Shown: in pieces, positions 20,255 to 34,765 of the stretch
How the letters are laid out: the number at the start of each line of letters is the position of its first letter
How positions within the stretch are numbered: position 1 is the stretch's first letter
Source of the DNA: a virus
Lineage: Duplodnaviria; Heunggongvirae; Uroviricota; Caudoviricetes
Length of the DNA stretch: 54,063 bases
Direction: 5' to 3' (one strand)
Virus record (IMG/VR): IMGVR_UViG_2861048470_000002
Program-made: the position numbers and the translations under genes
The notes under the pieces: generated by a model
What the model was told of the DNA's origin: nothing
Database searches by the model: none
Seen by the model: the letters and a program-made list of their open reading frames with translations, nothing else

Positions 20255-21337
20255 TTAGAACTGGTAAACCATACCTACAGCAACGATATCATCGGTAGCA
20301 ACGCCAGATGCTTTCGTGAAATCGCTCTTATCAATCAGGTTGATTTTGTAGTCAACAAAAGTGGACATATTTTTGTTGAAGTAATAGGTTGCACCTACAT
20401 CAACATATTCAACCAGGTCCTGATCACCCCAAACACCCAAGTCTTTTCCTTTAGAATGCAGGTAAGCAACGGATGGACGCAGGCCGAAGTCGAACTGATA
20501 TTGTGCAACAGCTTCGAAGTTTTGTGCTTTGTTGGCAATATGGTTATTACCAAAAACAGTCATGTTCTGGGTTTCAGAATAGGTGGTAGCCAGATAGATG
20601 TTGTTCGCATCATATTTCAGACCAGCTGCCCATACTTCAGCATTTTGACCAGATGCATTCAGGCTGTTGTTACCGTAGATAACCTGATTATTAGTGCGGT
20701 CAGATTTAGCATAGGTTACACCTACACCGAATCCTTCATACTCATAAGTAGTGGAGAAACCGAAACCATCACCATTAGCTTCAGTTACGTCAGTGCGGTC
20801 ATTTTTACCCTGATACTGAGCAGCAAAGTTCAGACCATCAACCAGACCAAAGAAGTCATTGTTACGATAAGTTGCAACACCTGTGGTGCGACCAGTCATG
20901 AATACATCTGTTTGGGTCCAGGTATCGCCACCGAATTCTGGCAGAACGTCGGTCCATGCACCAATATCGTATGCTACACCGTAGTTACGGCCATAATCGA
21001 TGGAGCCGTAGTCACCGAATTTCAGGCCAGCGAAGGCAAGACGGGTTTTATCTTTGGAGGAACCTTGAGATTCAGCGCGGTTGCCTTTGAATTCATATTC
21101 CCACTGACCGAAACCAGTCAGTTGATCGTTGATTTGGGTTTCACCTTTGAAGCCAAGACGGGCATAAGTAGTATCACCATCATCTGCATCATTAGAGGAG
21201 AAGTAGTGCTTAGCATTAACTTTCCCGTACAGATCCAGCTTGTTACTGTCTTTATTATAAATTTCAGCTGCCTGAGCAGACATCGCCATCAGTACTGATG
21301 CAGCTACAGCAGAAATTGCCACTGTTAATTTTTTCAT
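20255..21337 (-). CDS. nmpC: Outer-membrane porin (OmpC/PhoE family; NmpC/OmpD-like), 360 aa, intact
   Basis: Signal peptide [23 protein letters not shown], porin body, C-terminal ...VAVGMVYQF; opposite strand between Q and the lysis genes. Confidence 0.93.
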   Translation of the reverse strand: MKKLTVAISAVAASVLMAMSAQAAEIYNKDSNKLDLYGKVNAKHYFSSNDADDGDTTYARLGFKGETQINDQLTGFGQWEYEFKGNRAESQGSSKDKTRLAFAGLKFGDYGSIDYGRNYGVAYDIGAWTDVLPEFGGDTWTQTDVFMTGRTTGVATYRNNDFFGLVDGLNFAAQYQGKNDRTDVTEANGDGFGFSTTYEYEGFGVGVTYAKSDRTNNQVIYGNNSLNASGQNAEVWAAGLKYDANNIYLATTYSETQNMTVFGNNHIANKAQNFEAVAQYQFDFGLRPSVAYLHSKGKDLGVWGDQDLVEYVDVGATYYFNKNMSTFVDYKINLIDKSDFTKASGVATDDIVAVGMVYQF

Positions 21338-21622
21338 CGTGAGCCCTTTTTTTGAACTATTATTAAAAAATGATGTCACTGCGCGATAAATATTCATCTA
21401 ATCAATGTGATTATTTCAAGATGTAAGTTTTGGTTTCTCATTTGATTTGTGAAGTAGATCTCTATTTTTATCTGAACTTTTTCTATCGAATCCTATTCAT
21501 GGCTCTTGGCTGAATAAAAATAAATCTATTAGCCAATTTATATTAATGGCTGTTATTTATAAGTGCTCTATAATTTGAAGATTCAATTTAAACCAGCTAA
21601 AAATAACGCTGGAAATTATTTG

Positions 21623-21651
21623 TTGGTTATTTGTTGAGATTTGCTTATGTA
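21623..21651 (+). promoter_or_regulatory. Putative late promoter pR-prime (-35 TTGGTT, 17-bp spacer, -10 TATGTA)
   Basis: Hexamers read from sequence upstream of the tR-prime terminator; the divergent nmpC promoter is in the same AT-rich region, so assignment is tentative. Confidence 0.3.
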
Positions 21652-21763
21652 TTTGTAGTGGTGTTTTCAATACTCGGTAGCATTCTCGCAAATATCATTT
21701 AGTGGTTTACGTACGTAAAAAATTGGTTATGCTGTTAAGAGTGGTTACTTCGTCACACAGCTT

Positions 21764-21796
21764 AAACCCGCCGTCGAGCGGGTTTTTCCATTTTTT
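21764..21796 (+). terminator. tR-prime-like intrinsic terminator (AAACCCGC CGTCGA GCGGGTTT then T-run) upstream of the lysis cassette
   Basis: Strong hairpin plus T-run about 130 nt upstream of the holin start, the classic target position for Q antitermination. Confidence 0.7.
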
Positions 21797-21924
21797 GAGT
21801 CTCGATATTAGCTGATAACCCAATACCTGAGTTATTCACTGACTCCGAGTCTGTTACGTTTCTGCTTTTTTGCGATACGTTGTATTCCCTCAATTTACAC
21901 CCGCTTTGTCTGCGAGGTGGGGTT

Positions 21925-22140
21925 ATGAAATCCATGGATAAGTTAACAACGGGTGTCGCCTATGGCACCTCAGCAGGTAGTGCCGGTTACTGGTTTTTAC
22001 AGCTGCTCGATAAAGTCACGCCCTCACAGTGGGCAGCAATAGGTGTGCTGGGTAGCCTGGTATTTGGCCTGCTGACGTACCTGACAAACCTTTATTTCAA
22101 GATTAAAGAAGATAAGCGCAAGGCTGCGAGAGGTGAATAA
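21925..22140 (+). CDS. S: Holin (phage 21 S / DLP12 EssD type), 71 aa
   Basis: [71 protein letters not shown]. Confidence 0.9.
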
Positions 22141-22637
22141 TGCCTCCATCATTACGAAAAGCCGTTGCTGCTGCTATTGGTGGCGGAGCAATTGCTATAG
22201 CATCAGTGTTAATTACTGGCCCAAGTGGTAACGATGGTCTGGAAGGTGTCAGCTACATACCATACAAAGATATTGTTGGTGTATGGACTGTATGTCACGG
22301 GCATACAGGAAAAGACATCATGCTCGGTAAAACGTATACCAAAGCAGAATGCAAAGCCCTCCTGAATAAAGACCTTGCCACGGTCGCCAGACAAATTAAC
22401 CCGTACATCAAAGTCGATATACCGGAAACAATGCGCGGCGCTCTTTACTCATTCGTTTACAACGTGGGTGCTGGCAATTTCAGAACATCGACGCTTCTTC
22501 GCAAAATAAACCAGGGCGATATCAAAGGCGCATGTGATCAGCTACGTCGCTGGACATATGCTGGCGGTAAGCAATGGAAAGGTCTCATGACTCGTCGTGA
22601 GATTGAGCGTGAAATCTGTTTGTGGGGTCAGCAATGA
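22140..22637 (+). CDS. R: SAR-type endolysin (lysozyme; phage 21 R / DLP12 RrrD type), 165 aa
   Basis: N-terminal signal-anchor ([15 protein letters not shown]) followed by a lysozyme domain; overlaps the holin stop. Confidence 0.9.
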   Translation: MPPSLRKAVAAAIGGGAIAIASVLITGPSGNDGLEGVSYIPYKDIVGVWTVCHGHTGKDIMLGKTYTKAECKALLNKDLATVARQINPYIKVDIPETMRGALYSFVYNVGAGNFRTSTLLRKINQGDIKGACDQLRRWTYAGGKQWKGLMTRREIEREICLWGQQ

Positions 22638-23101
22638 ACAGAGTAACCGCGATTATCTCCGCTCTGGTTATCTGCATCATCGTCTGCCTGTCATGGGCTG
22701 TTAATCATTACCGTGATAACGCCATTACCTACAAAGCCCAGCGCGACAAAAATGTCAGAGAACTGAAGCTGGCGAACGCGGCAATTACTGACATGCAGAT
22801 GCGTCAGCGTGATGTTGCTGCGCTCGATGCAAAATACACGAAGGAGTTAGCTGATGCGAAAGCTGAAAATGATGCTCTTCTGCGGAAGCTTGATAATGGT
22901 GGCAGGGTGCTCGTCAAAGGAAAATGCCCTGTGCCATCCTCTGCCGAAACCTCCAGCGCCTCCGGCATGGGCAATGATGCCACCGTCGAACTCTCTCCAG
23001 TTGCTGGACGAAACGTTCTCGATATCCGGGACGGAATTATCCGCGACCAAACAGCACTGAGAACGCTTCAGGAATACATTAGGACGCAATGCCTTCGATG
23101 A
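22634..23101 (+). CDS. Rz: Rz spanin inner-membrane subunit, about 155 aa
   Basis: N-terminal TM segment then coiled-coil; start overlaps the endolysin stop; contains the embedded Rz1 frame. Confidence 0.85.
   Translation: MNRVTAIISALVICIIVCLSWAVNHYRDNAITYKAQRDKNVRELKLANAAITDMQMRQRDVAALDAKYTKELADAKAENDALLRKLDNGGRVLVKGKCPVPSSAETSSASGMGNDATVELSPVAGRNVLDIRDGIIRDQTALRTLQEYIRTQCLR
22854..23060 (+). CDS. Rz1: Rz1 spanin outer-membrane lipoprotein, 68 aa, embedded in the +1 frame of Rz
   Basis: Lipobox LIMVAGCSS and proline-rich [16 protein letters not shown]. Confidence 0.85.
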   Translation: MRKLKMMLFCGSLIMVAGCSSKENALCHPLPKPPAPPAWAMMPPSNSLQLLDETFSISGTELSATKQH

Positions 23102-23276
23102 TAGCGATAATTTTACTCATCATCCTTCACATCTGGCTCTGTAGACAGGGTGGTGATCACTTCTGGAGTAAATCCAGATTAAACATCTCATTGCTGATGC
23201 TTGATATTGAGCATCTGGCGCGCAGTAAGGGGCTGCGTTGAGATAAGAGCCAGTTCATTACAAATACCAGGATTTA

Positions 23277-23300
23277 GCCTCGCATTCGCGGGGCTTTTTA
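23277..23300 (+). terminator. Hairpin with T-run (CCTCGC ATTC GCGGGG CTTTTTA) downstream of Rz/Rz1
   Basis: Stem with one G-U pair followed by a T-run. Confidence 0.45.
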
Positions 23301-23864
23301 TATCTGAATTTCACAGCGCATCTCACGCGCATATTAACGAGAGCCTTTCAGTAAGCGAGCCTGAGAAATGCCGTTATAGGTGGCGACCTCTCTCGGGCGG
23401 CTTTTCTGTGAGACAGGCTCACTTTCTAAAAGGTAAAGACGCTATGAATAATCATTCAGTTATTCCAGCCTTCGACTTCCGAGAAATGGTGCAAGCCAAA
23501 AACGGAGAGGTCGTTACCACATCCAGAAAAATTGCCAAGTACTTCGGCAAGCGACACGGTGATGTTCTCAGGAAAATCGAGCAGGTTAAGGCTGATTGCT
23601 CGCGTGAGTTTAGCCAACGCAATTTTGCGTCGGCTGATTATATCGATGAGCAGGGCAAGGTTCGCCCGATGTACAGCCTGACGAAAGATGGCTGGATCAT
23701 GGTTGTGATGGGGTTCACCGGGAAAGCTGCTGCGGCAATCAAGGAGAGCTATATCGCAGCATTCAACTGGATGGCAGAACAACTGAGCCGCCGCATGGCA
23801 ATTGGCGAAGAAATGCAGCACCGCTACGCCATCAGTAAGCGACTCGTCAGAACCGTATTGATAT

Positions 23865-25436
23865 TTACTGAGAGCTCAGATCAACTTTCCAGGGCAACAG
23901 ATCGCGTACCCGGTTTGCCGGCCAGTCCTGGATATGTTCAATGACGTAACGCAGCCACTTTTCTGGCTCCACATTGTTCAGACGGCATGTGCCGATCAGC
24001 GAGTACAACACCGCCGCATGTTCACCACCGCTGTCGGAACCCGCGAACATCCAGTTTTTCCGGCCTACGGCCACTCCCCGTAAGGCGTTCTCTGCGATGT
24101 TGTTGTCGATTTCCACCCAGCCATTACTGCAGTACACGTTCAGTGCATCCCACTGTTTCAGCAGGTATGCGAACGCTTTTGCCGTATCTGAGTGACGCGA
24201 CAGTGTTTTCATCTGTTGCTGTATCCAGTCATACAGTGACTGCATCAGTGGCGCGGCTCTGGCTTTTCTTGCCGCCAGACGCTGTTCTGCTGAACAGCCC
24301 CGGACCTCTGCCTCGATGGCATACAGTTCACCGATACGCTGCAGGGCTTCCGTGGTGATGTAGGTGGGCGCTCTTGCATGCACATCGTGGATTTTTCTCC
24401 GGGCATGAGCCATACACGCGGCTTCCGTTATTCTGCCGGATTCGTATAACGCCCGGTAACCACCGTAAGCATCGGCCTGAAGCACACCGCTGTAACCGGC
24501 CAGGTGATTTTGTGGATGGATACCTTTCCGGTCCGGACTGTACGCGAACCAGACCGCCGGGGGCATCTGTGAACCGGCGTTACGGTCATCACGGACGTAG
24601 ACCCACAGCCGGGCTGTCCGGGTTTTACCGCTGCCCGGCTCCTGGACCGGGACGGGGATATCATCAGCATGGACTTTACCGGGCATCAGCACATACTGGC
24701 GCAGGACGTCATACAGCGGCTCCAGCAGTTCAGCAACAGCACCTGTCCAGCGCCCCAGTGTGGCACGGCTCAGCTCCACTCCCTGACGACGGTATATTTC
24801 TGACTGGCGGTATAACGGCAGATGGTCTGCATATTTCCCGGTGACAACATGGGCCAGAAGCCCCGCTCCGGCATAACTGCGTGCAATGGGTTTTGAAGGT
24901 ACTGGTGCCTGCACGATATGGTCGCACCGGCAACAGGCCTGTTTCGGACGTTGTGTTTCGATAACCTTAAAGGCGCTGCTGATAAGCTCCAGTTGCTCTG
25001 ACACATCACATCCCAGAGAACTGAGTTCACCACCACAGGCAGGACAGCATTCCTCTTCCGGCCGGATAACCCGGGTTTCACGGGGAAGTGAGGCCGGTAA
25101 CGGTTTACGGGCTGAAGACTGGCGCAGGGCGGATGGCAGTACCGGGTCATATTGCTCACCCAGCGTTTCCGCCATTTCTTCCTGAAGTGCGCTGATTCGC
25201 TCCTGTGCTTCCTGTATCTGCCGTTCGGTTTTTGCACGAAGTTTTTCTGAGCTTTTACCGAACTGCATACGTTGCAGTTTCGCAACCAGCGCCTTCAGCC
25301 GGTTGATTTCGGAAGCATAAGCCGCCACCCGCTGTGAGAGCAGGCGGTTGTATTCAGCCATCTGGCGGATGGTGTCCTGTTGCGTCTGCAACAGTGCCCG
25401 CAGGCGGGCGTTCTCATGAGCAAGTGAGGTGTCCAT
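23865..25436 (-). CDS. IS66-family transposase TnpC, 523 aa
   Basis: Homologous in layout and motifs to the other two TnpC copies but clearly a distinct sequence. Confidence 0.9.
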   Translation of the reverse strand: MDTSLAHENARLRALLQTQQDTIRQMAEYNRLLSQRVAAYASEINRLKALVAKLQRMQFGKSSEKLRAKTERQIQEAQERISALQEEMAETLGEQYDPVLPSALRQSSARKPLPASLPRETRVIRPEEECCPACGGELSSLGCDVSEQLELISSAFKVIETQRPKQACCRCDHIVQAPVPSKPIARSYAGAGLLAHVVTGKYADHLPLYRQSEIYRRQGVELSRATLGRWTGAVAELLEPLYDVLRQYVLMPGKVHADDIPVPVQEPGSGKTRTARLWVYVRDDRNAGSQMPPAVWFAYSPDRKGIHPQNHLAGYSGVLQADAYGGYRALYESGRITEAACMAHARRKIHDVHARAPTYITTEALQRIGELYAIEAEVRGCSAEQRLAARKARAAPLMQSLYDWIQQQMKTLSRHSDTAKAFAYLLKQWDALNVYCSNGWVEIDNNIAENALRGVAVGRKNWMFAGSDSGGEHAAVLYSLIGTCRLNNVEPEKWLRYVIEHIQDWPANRVRDLLPWKVDLSSQ

Positions 25437-25455
25437 ATCCTCACTTTACAACGGG

Positions 25456-25803
25456 TTATATGCGGATTCCAGCGCGTTCCGTTCGTTTCGGGTGCTTCCA
25501 GTTGATACCTTCAAGAAGCATGGATAACTGAGCCGGAGTAAGGTGCACCTTGCCGTCACGGGTGACTGGCCAGACGAAGCGGCCCCGCTCCAGGCGTTTG
25601 GTGAAGAGGCACAGTCCGTCACTGTCAGCCCACAACACTTTTATCTGGTCACCCCGGCGTCCGCGGAAGATGAACAGGTGTCCGGAGAACGGGTCATCCT
25701 TCAGGACGTTCTGAACTTTTGATGCCAGGCCGTTAAAGCCATTTCGCATATCGGTGATACCTGCAACCAGCCAGATACGCGAACCTGCAGGGAGAGATAT
25801 CAT
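25456..25803 (-). CDS. IS66-family Orf2 (TnpB), 115 aa
   Basis: [26 protein letters not shown]. Confidence 0.9.
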   Translation of the reverse strand: MISLPAGSRIWLVAGITDMRNGFNGLASKVQNVLKDDPFSGHLFIFRGRRGDQIKVLWADSDGLCLFTKRLERGRFVWPVTRDGKVHLTPAQLSMLLEGINWKHPKRTERAGIRI

Positions 25804-26450
25804 CAGTGGCTGCTCCCTTTTATTTCGCGGATAAGTGTCTGTAATAACGCCGGCGTCAGTTTACCTTTAAGCCTGAGAGTTCCGGCCGGCAGAACCAGCT
25901 CACAACACAGACTGTCGGGCGGTGTATTTATCTGCTCTGGTTCCTGTGCGGGGGCCGGGATTTTATTATCCGGCTCCGGCGTTAACGTCACGGGAAGCAG
26001 TGCCGGCATATTTTTTCCGGAAGGCAGCAGGCCACCTTTCCGGTATTGATGGCGCCAGTTGAAGAGCAGGTTATCGTTGATTCCGTTTTCCCGGGCGATC
26101 TGCGCCACACAGGCTCCGGGCTGCAGTGACTGCTCCACTAAGGCGATTTTAAACTCATAAGGGAAGTTGGGCCGCCGGGGACGTTTTTTTACCACGGGGG
26201 CTTCGGATATAACGGTGCTTTCAGGACGTACGACTGGTACCGTGGAAAATTGTCCGTAAAGGCAGGCATCAAGTTCCTGCTCCGACATGCCTGCGGGCAA
26301 AGGCCACGAAAGGCCAGCTCTCCGAAAGCGCACGAACATACTACAAACAGTTGATTTTGGTACACCCAGGCGACGCCCGGCCACAACCCGGGGTAAATGT
26401 TCTTCAAAGTGAAGACGTAAAGCTTCAGTGATCCAGGTCCGGTGTTTCAT
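25803..26450 (-). CDS. IS66-family Orf1 (TnpA) with an extended N-terminal HTH-like region, 215 aa
   Basis: True start is the ATG at 26450 (MKHRTWITEALRL...); the 249-aa track ORF is an artefact that reads on into the nested IS. Confidence 0.7.
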   Translation of the reverse strand: MKHRTWITEALRLHFEEHLPRVVAGRRLGVPKSTVCSMFVRFRRAGLSWPLPAGMSEQELDACLYGQFSTVPVVRPESTVISEAPVVKKRPRRPNFPYEFKIALVEQSLQPGACVAQIARENGINDNLLFNWRHQYRKGGLLPSGKNMPALLPVTLTPEPDNKIPAPAQEPEQINTPPDSLCCELVLPAGTLRLKGKLTPALLQTLIREIKGSSH

Positions 26451-26541
26451 ACGATAGTGTCCATTAAAAAGTAAGCGTACAGCCTGAACCGTCTGGTCAG
26501 AATCTGACAAATTAGACAAAGTGGTGTCCACCAAATAAGTA

Positions 26542-26943
26542 GTGGGAACCAAAGTGTCAGATATGCAGAAAAATGTGACTCCCGGCAGGCGAAAAGGCTG
26601 CCCTAATTATCCTCCCGAATTTAAACAGCAGCTCGTTGCTGCCTCCTGTGAACCCGGGATATCCATCTCAAAACTTGCTCTTGAAAATGGCATTAACGCC
26701 AATCTGTTGTTCAAATGGCGACAACAATGGCGCGAGGGAAAGCTGCTATTACCTTCTTCAGAGAGCCCCCAGCTACTTCCTGTGACTCTCGATGCAGCTG
26801 CCGAACAGCCAGAATCGCTCGCAGAGGACCCGGAAACCCTCAGTATCAGCTGTGAGGTAACGTTCCGGCACGGGACGCTCCGCTTCAATGGCAATGTCAG
26901 CGAAAAGCTCCTGACTCTGCTGATACAGGAACTGAAGCGATGA
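26542..26943 (+). CDS. IS66-family Orf1 (TnpA), 133 aa
   Basis: First gene of the three-gene IS66 set. Confidence 0.9.
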   Translation: MGTKVSDMQKNVTPGRRKGCPNYPPEFKQQLVAASCEPGISISKLALENGINANLLFKWRQQWREGKLLLPSSESPQLLPVTLDAAAEQPESLAEDPETLSISCEVTFRHGTLRFNGNVSEKLLTLLIQELKR

Positions 26944-27287
26944 TCCCGTTACCTTCCGGGACCAAAATTTGGCTGGTTGCCGGTATCACCGATATGAGAA
27001 ATGGCTTCAACGGCCTGGCTGCGAAAGTACAAACGGCGCTGAAAGACGATCCCATGTCCGGCCATGTTTTCATTTTCCGGGGCCGCAGCGGCAGTCAGGT
27101 TAAACTGCTGTGGTCCACCGGTGACGGACTGTGCCTCCTGACCAAACGGCTGGAGCGTGGGCGCTTCGCCTGGCCGTCAGCCCGTGATGGCAAAGTGTTC
27201 CTTACGCAGGCGCAGCTGGCGATGCTGCTGGAAGGTATCGACTGGCGACAGCCCAAGCGGTTGCTGACCTCCCTGACCATGCTGTAA
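26940..27287 (+). CDS. IS66-family Orf2 (TnpB), 115 aa
   Basis: [26 protein letters not shown]. Confidence 0.9.
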   Translation: MIPLPSGTKIWLVAGITDMRNGFNGLAAKVQTALKDDPMSGHVFIFRGRSGSQVKLLWSTGDGLCLLTKRLERGRFAWPSARDGKVFLTQAQLAMLLEGIDWRQPKRLLTSLTML

Positions 27288-27336
27288 ATCTCTTTATCCT
27301 GGTTGTCACAGAATAAGCCCGGTAAAATACGGGCTT

Positions 27337-28875
27337 ATGAACGACATCTCTTCTGACGACATCTTCCTGCTGAAACAGCGCCTGGCCGAACAGGAAGCGC
27401 TGATCCACGCCCTGCAGGAAAAGCTGAGCAACCGGGAGCGCGAAATAGACCATCTGCAGGCGCAGCTGGATAAACTCCGCCGGATGAACTTCGGCAGTCG
27501 TTCCGAAAAAGTCTCCCGCCGTATCGCACAAATGGAAGCCGATCTGAACCGGCTTCAGAAAGAGAGCGATACGCTGACTGGTAGGGTGTATGACCCGGCT
27601 GTACAGCGTCCGTTGCGTCAGACCCGCACCCGTAAGCCGTTCCCTGAATCACTACCCCGTGACGAAAAGCGACTGTTGCCTGCGGCGCCGTGCTGCCCGA
27701 ACTGCGGCGGTTCACTGAGCTATCTGGGCGAGGATACCGCCGAACAGCTGGAGTTGATGCGTAGTGCCTTCCGGGTTATCCGGACGGTACGGGAAAAACA
27801 TGCCTGTACTCAGTGCGATGCCATCGTGCAGGCACCTGCACCTTCGCGGCCCATCGAGCGGGGTATCGCCGGACCGGGGCTGCTGGCCCGCGTGCTGACC
27901 TCGAAGTATGCAGAGCACACCCCGCTGTATCGCCAGTCAGAAATATACGGCCGGCAAGGTGTGGAGCTGAGCCGTTCACTGCTGTCGGGCTGGGTGGATG
28001 CATGCTGCCGGCTGCTGTCTCCGCTGGAAGAGGCGCTTCATGGCTATGTCATGACTGACGGCAAACTCCATGCCGATGATACCCCGGTCCAGGTACTGCT
28101 GCCGGGTAATAAGAAGACGAAGACCGGGCGGTTGTGGGCGTATGTTCGTGATGACCGCAATGCCGGGTCAGCGTTGGCACCTGCAGTGTGGTTCGCTTAC
28201 AGCCCGGACAGAAAAGGCATCCATCCGCAGACTCATCTTGCCTGCTTCAGCGGTGTGCTGCAAGCGGATGCGTACGCCGGGTTCAACGAGCTGTATCGCA
28301 ATGGTGGGATAACGGAAGCTGCCTGCTGGGCTCATGCCCGCCGAAAGATCCACGATGTGCACGTCCGCATCCCGTCAGCACTGACGGAAGAAGCCCTGGA
28401 GCAGATCGGTCAGTTGTACGCCATAGAGGCGGATATAAGGGGAATGCCGGCAGAGCAGCGGCTTGCTGAACGTCAGCGAAAAACGAAACCGCTGTTGAAA
28501 TCCCTGGAAAGCTGGTTGCGTGAAAAGATGAAAACCCTGTCGCGACACTCAGAACTGGCGAAAGCGTTCGCATACGCCCTGAACCAGTGGCCGGCGCTGA
28601 CGTACTATGCAGATGATGGCTGGGCTGAGGCGGACAATAACATCGCTGAAAATGCGTTGCGGATGGTCAGTCTGGGCCGCAAAAACTACCTGTTCTTCGG
28701 TTCGGATCATGGAGGAGAGCGGGGAGCGCTGCTGTACAGCCTGATCGGGACGTGCAAACTGAACGGAGTGGAGCCAGAAAGCTACCTCCGCTATGTCCTT
28801 GACGTCATAGCCGACTGGTCGATAAACCGGGTCGGCGAACTGCTCCCCTGGCGCGTAGCACTGCCGACTGAATAA
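27337..28875 (+). CDS. IS66-family transposase TnpC, 512 aa
   Basis: Coiled-coil N-terminus, zinc motif CPNCGG...CTQCD, conserved core. Confidence 0.9.
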   Translation: MNDISSDDIFLLKQRLAEQEALIHALQEKLSNREREIDHLQAQLDKLRRMNFGSRSEKVSRRIAQMEADLNRLQKESDTLTGRVYDPAVQRPLRQTRTRKPFPESLPRDEKRLLPAAPCCPNCGGSLSYLGEDTAEQLELMRSAFRVIRTVREKHACTQCDAIVQAPAPSRPIERGIAGPGLLARVLTSKYAEHTPLYRQSEIYGRQGVELSRSLLSGWVDACCRLLSPLEEALHGYVMTDGKLHADDTPVQVLLPGNKKTKTGRLWAYVRDDRNAGSALAPAVWFAYSPDRKGIHPQTHLACFSGVLQADAYAGFNELYRNGGITEAACWAHARRKIHDVHVRIPSALTEEALEQIGQLYAIEADIRGMPAEQRLAERQRKTKPLLKSLESWLREKMKTLSRHSELAKAFAYALNQWPALTYYADDGWAEADNNIAENALRMVSLGRKNYLFFGSDHGGERGALLYSLIGTCKLNGVEPESYLRYVLDVIADWSINRVGELLPWRVALPTE

Positions 28876-29427
28876 CACATCCCCGTCAATACGGTTCTTG
28901 CTGCACGCTTACATTAAAAATGATGGACATTATTTTTGTAGAGCCGGAGGAAACAGACCAGACGGTTTAAATGAGCCGGTTACCGCCATCAAAGAAACAC
29001 GCTCAAAGCTGAAAGGTACGATCGGCAGTCGGTTAATGAACGAACGGAAGAAAGAGAAGCGTGTCCTGGCTGTCGAGCATGAATACATCTTGCAGGTGAC
29101 ACAGCCTGAACTGCTGATTAATTGAAGATGTCATTACAAAGCCTATCTACGGGGGGCTTGATAATGGCTTATACCCTGCACGGGATAACTTAACTGATAT
29201 CCCTTTTAACGGATAAAGGTATTCAAGCCTGACACATCATGCGCTGTATCGTCGCCGTATTCCCGCATTAACCATGACCGTAGCCCGACGGGGAATTCCT
29301 TCTGCGTGAGTGTGCGGGAATAATCAAAAACGATGCACACCGGGTTATTAACGCGTCAACTGAACGCGGGGTTGCTCTTCATGTCAGCCAGTCCGGTGCA
29401 GGGGTAGAAGAAACCGGACGTTATGGT

Positions 29428-29838
29428 TTAGTGTGGAAACATTTGTGATGTGCTCTGTATGTTTTCAGTAAAGAGTAATGAATTATCAAAGGCATAGTAA
29501 TATCTTTTTTGTTCGTGGATATTTGTAACCCACCGAAAAACTCCTGCTTTAGCAAGGTTTCTTCTGTATTCCTGAAATGTGATCTCTCTGGATTTCAGCT
29601 TATTAGAGGTCGTTTCTATAAGATGCCTATCCTTTGAAAATTTGACAGACACAATGTTTTTTAGGCCCTTTAATAACACTGTATTATCATTTTTTAATAC
29701 AATATGAACATTCTCTGTGGCTAAATAGTAAATGTAATGTGAGACATTATGACGTTTTAGCTCAGAATAAAACCATTGATAGTTTAAATCGTTTCGAACT
29801 TTATCAAATATTTGTTTAAAAATGACTACCTGATCCAT
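29428..29838 (-). CDS. DUF1398-like protein (DLP12 YbcV-like), 136 aa from the MDQVVIF start
   Basis: ORF with internal start [51 protein letters not shown]; family name from memory. Confidence 0.55.
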   Translation of the reverse strand: MDQVVIFKQIFDKVRNDLNYQWFYSELKRHNVSHYIYYLATENVHIVLKNDNTVLLKGLKNIVSVKFSKDRHLIETTSNKLKSREITFQEYRRNLAKAGVFRWVTNIHEQKRYYYAFDNSLLFTENIQSTSQMFPH

Positions 29839-29896
29839 AGATAAACCTTCCATGTGATATGAGGGGGGCGTAGTCTGCACGATTATCTAAATTGCT

Positions 29897-30130
29897 TCAA
29901 TCTGGTCTGATCTGTTTTCTGAGCAATTCAGTAATGTCACTCTTTTCTTTGTTTGCTTCAGGAGAAACTCTTTTTTCTGAGCACAGTCTCCGGCGGCAGG
30001 CTTCAATGACCCAGGCTGAGAAATTCCCGGACCCTTTTTGATCAAGAGCGATGTTAATTTGTTCAATCATTTGGTTAGGAAAGCGGATGTTGCGGGTTGT
30101 TGTTCTGCGGGTTCTGTTCTTCGTTGACAT
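29897..30130 (-). CDS. Small protein with a ribbon-helix-helix-like N-terminus, 77 aa (start uncertain)
   Basis: RNIRFPNQMIEQINIALDQKGSGNFSAWVIEACRRRL fits an Arc/CopG-type beta-alpha-alpha pattern. Confidence 0.45.
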   Translation of the reverse strand: MSTKNRTRRTTTRNIRFPNQMIEQINIALDQKGSGNFSAWVIEACRRRLCSEKRVSPEANKEKSDITELLRKQIRPD

Positions 30131-30329
30131 GAGGTTGCCCTGTATTCAGTGTCACTGATTTGTATTGTCTGAAGTTGTTTTTACGTTAAGTTGATGCAGA
30201 TCAATTAATACGATACCTGCGTCATAATTGATTATTTGACGTGGTTTGATGGCGTAGATGCACGTTGTGACATGCAGATGATAATTATTATCATTTTGCG
30301 GGTCCTTTCCGGCGATCCGACAGGTTACG

Positions 30330-30500
30330 GGGCGGCGACCTCGCGGGTTTTCGCTATTTATGAAAATTTTCCGGTTTAAGGTGTTTCCGTTCTTCTTCGT
30401 CGTAACTTAATGTTTTTATTTAAAATACCCCCTGAAAAGAAAGGAAACGACAGGTGCTGAAAGCGAGCTTTTTGGCCTCTGTCGTTTCCTTTCTCTGTTT
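30330..30500 (+). other. cos: Lambda cos: cosN 12-nt cohesive end GGGCGGCGACCT at 30330-30341, followed by cosB
   Basis: GGGCGGCGACCTCGCGGGTTTTCGCTATTTATGAAAATTTTCCGGTTTAAGG matches the lambda left end as I recall it. Confidence 0.93.
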
Positions 30501-30518
30501 TTGTCCGTGGAATGAACA

Positions 30519-31038
30519 ATGGAAGTCAACAAAAAGCAGCTGGCTGACATTTTCGGTGCGAGTATCCGTACCATTCAGAACTGGCAGGAACAGGGAATGC
30601 CCGTTCTGCGAGGCGGTGGCAAGGGTAATGAGGTGCTTTATGACTCTGCCGCCGTCATAAAATGGTATGCCGAAAGGGATGCTGAAATTGAGAACGAAAA
30701 GCTGCGCCGGGAGGTTGAAGAACTGCGGCAGGCCAGCGAGGCAGATCTCCAGCCAGGGACTATTGAGTACGAACGCCATCGACTTACGCGTGCGCAGGCC
30801 GACGCACAGGAACTGAAGAATGCCAGAGACTCCGCTGAAGTGGTGGAAACCGCATTCTGTACTTTCGTGTTGTCGCGGATCGCAGGTGAAATTGCCAGTA
30901 TTCTCGACGGGATCCCCCTGTCGGTGCAGCGGCGTTTTCCGGAACTGGAAAACCGACATGTTGATTTCCTGAAACGGGATATCATCAAAGCCATGAACAA
31001 AGCAGCCGCGCTGGATGAACTGATACCGGGGTTGCTGA

Positions 31039-31064
<26 letters not shown>
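30519..31064 (+). CDS. nu1: Terminase small subunit Nu1, 181 aa
   Basis: MEVNKKQLADIFGASIRTIQNWQEQGMPVLRGGGKGNEVLYDSAAVIKWYAERDAEIENEKLRREVEE is lambda Nu1. Confidence 0.97.

Positions 31065-34745
<3,681 letters not shown>

Positions 34746-34765
<20 letters not shown>

Larger units (their letters stand above)
26471..28912 (+). mobile_element. IS66-family insertion sequence (ISEc8-like), 2442 bp, nested in the other IS66 element, 8-bp target duplication ATTAAAAA
   Basis: Ends GTAAGCGTACAGCCTGAACCGTCTGG and ...CAATACGGTTCTTGCTGCACGCTTAC; ATTAAAAA at 26463-26470 and 28913-28920. Confidence 0.9.
23835..28983 (-). mobile_element. IS66-family insertion sequence (about 2.7 kb without the nested element), 8-bp target duplication CGCCATCA, carrying a nested IS at 26471-28912
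   Basis: Low-coordinate end GTAAGCGACTCGTCAGAACCGTATTGA; high-coordinate end ...GACCAGACGGTTTAAATGAGCCGGTTAC; CGCCATCA at 23827-23834 and 28984-28991. Confidence 0.8.
23444..29125 (+). pseudogene. Rha-family phage regulatory protein split by nested IS66 elements (N-terminal part 23444-23834, C-terminal part 28984-29125)
   Basis: MNNHSVIPAFDFREMVQAKNGEVVTTSRKIAKYFGKRHGDVLRKIEQ is a Rha-type N-terminus; the frame ...QHRYAI / KETRSKLKG... is continuous across the 8-bp duplication CGCCATCA. Confidence 0.7.

Noticed and set aside
20456-21298. 280-aa ORF antisense to the porin gene
   Set aside because: It is embedded in the opposite strand of a clearly homologous porin gene and has no independent signals.
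25803-26552. 249-aa minus-strand ORF reported as a single protein
   Set aside because: Its first 27 codons read across the left end of the nested IS66 element (26471 onward). The real gene starts at the ATG at 26450 (215 aa).
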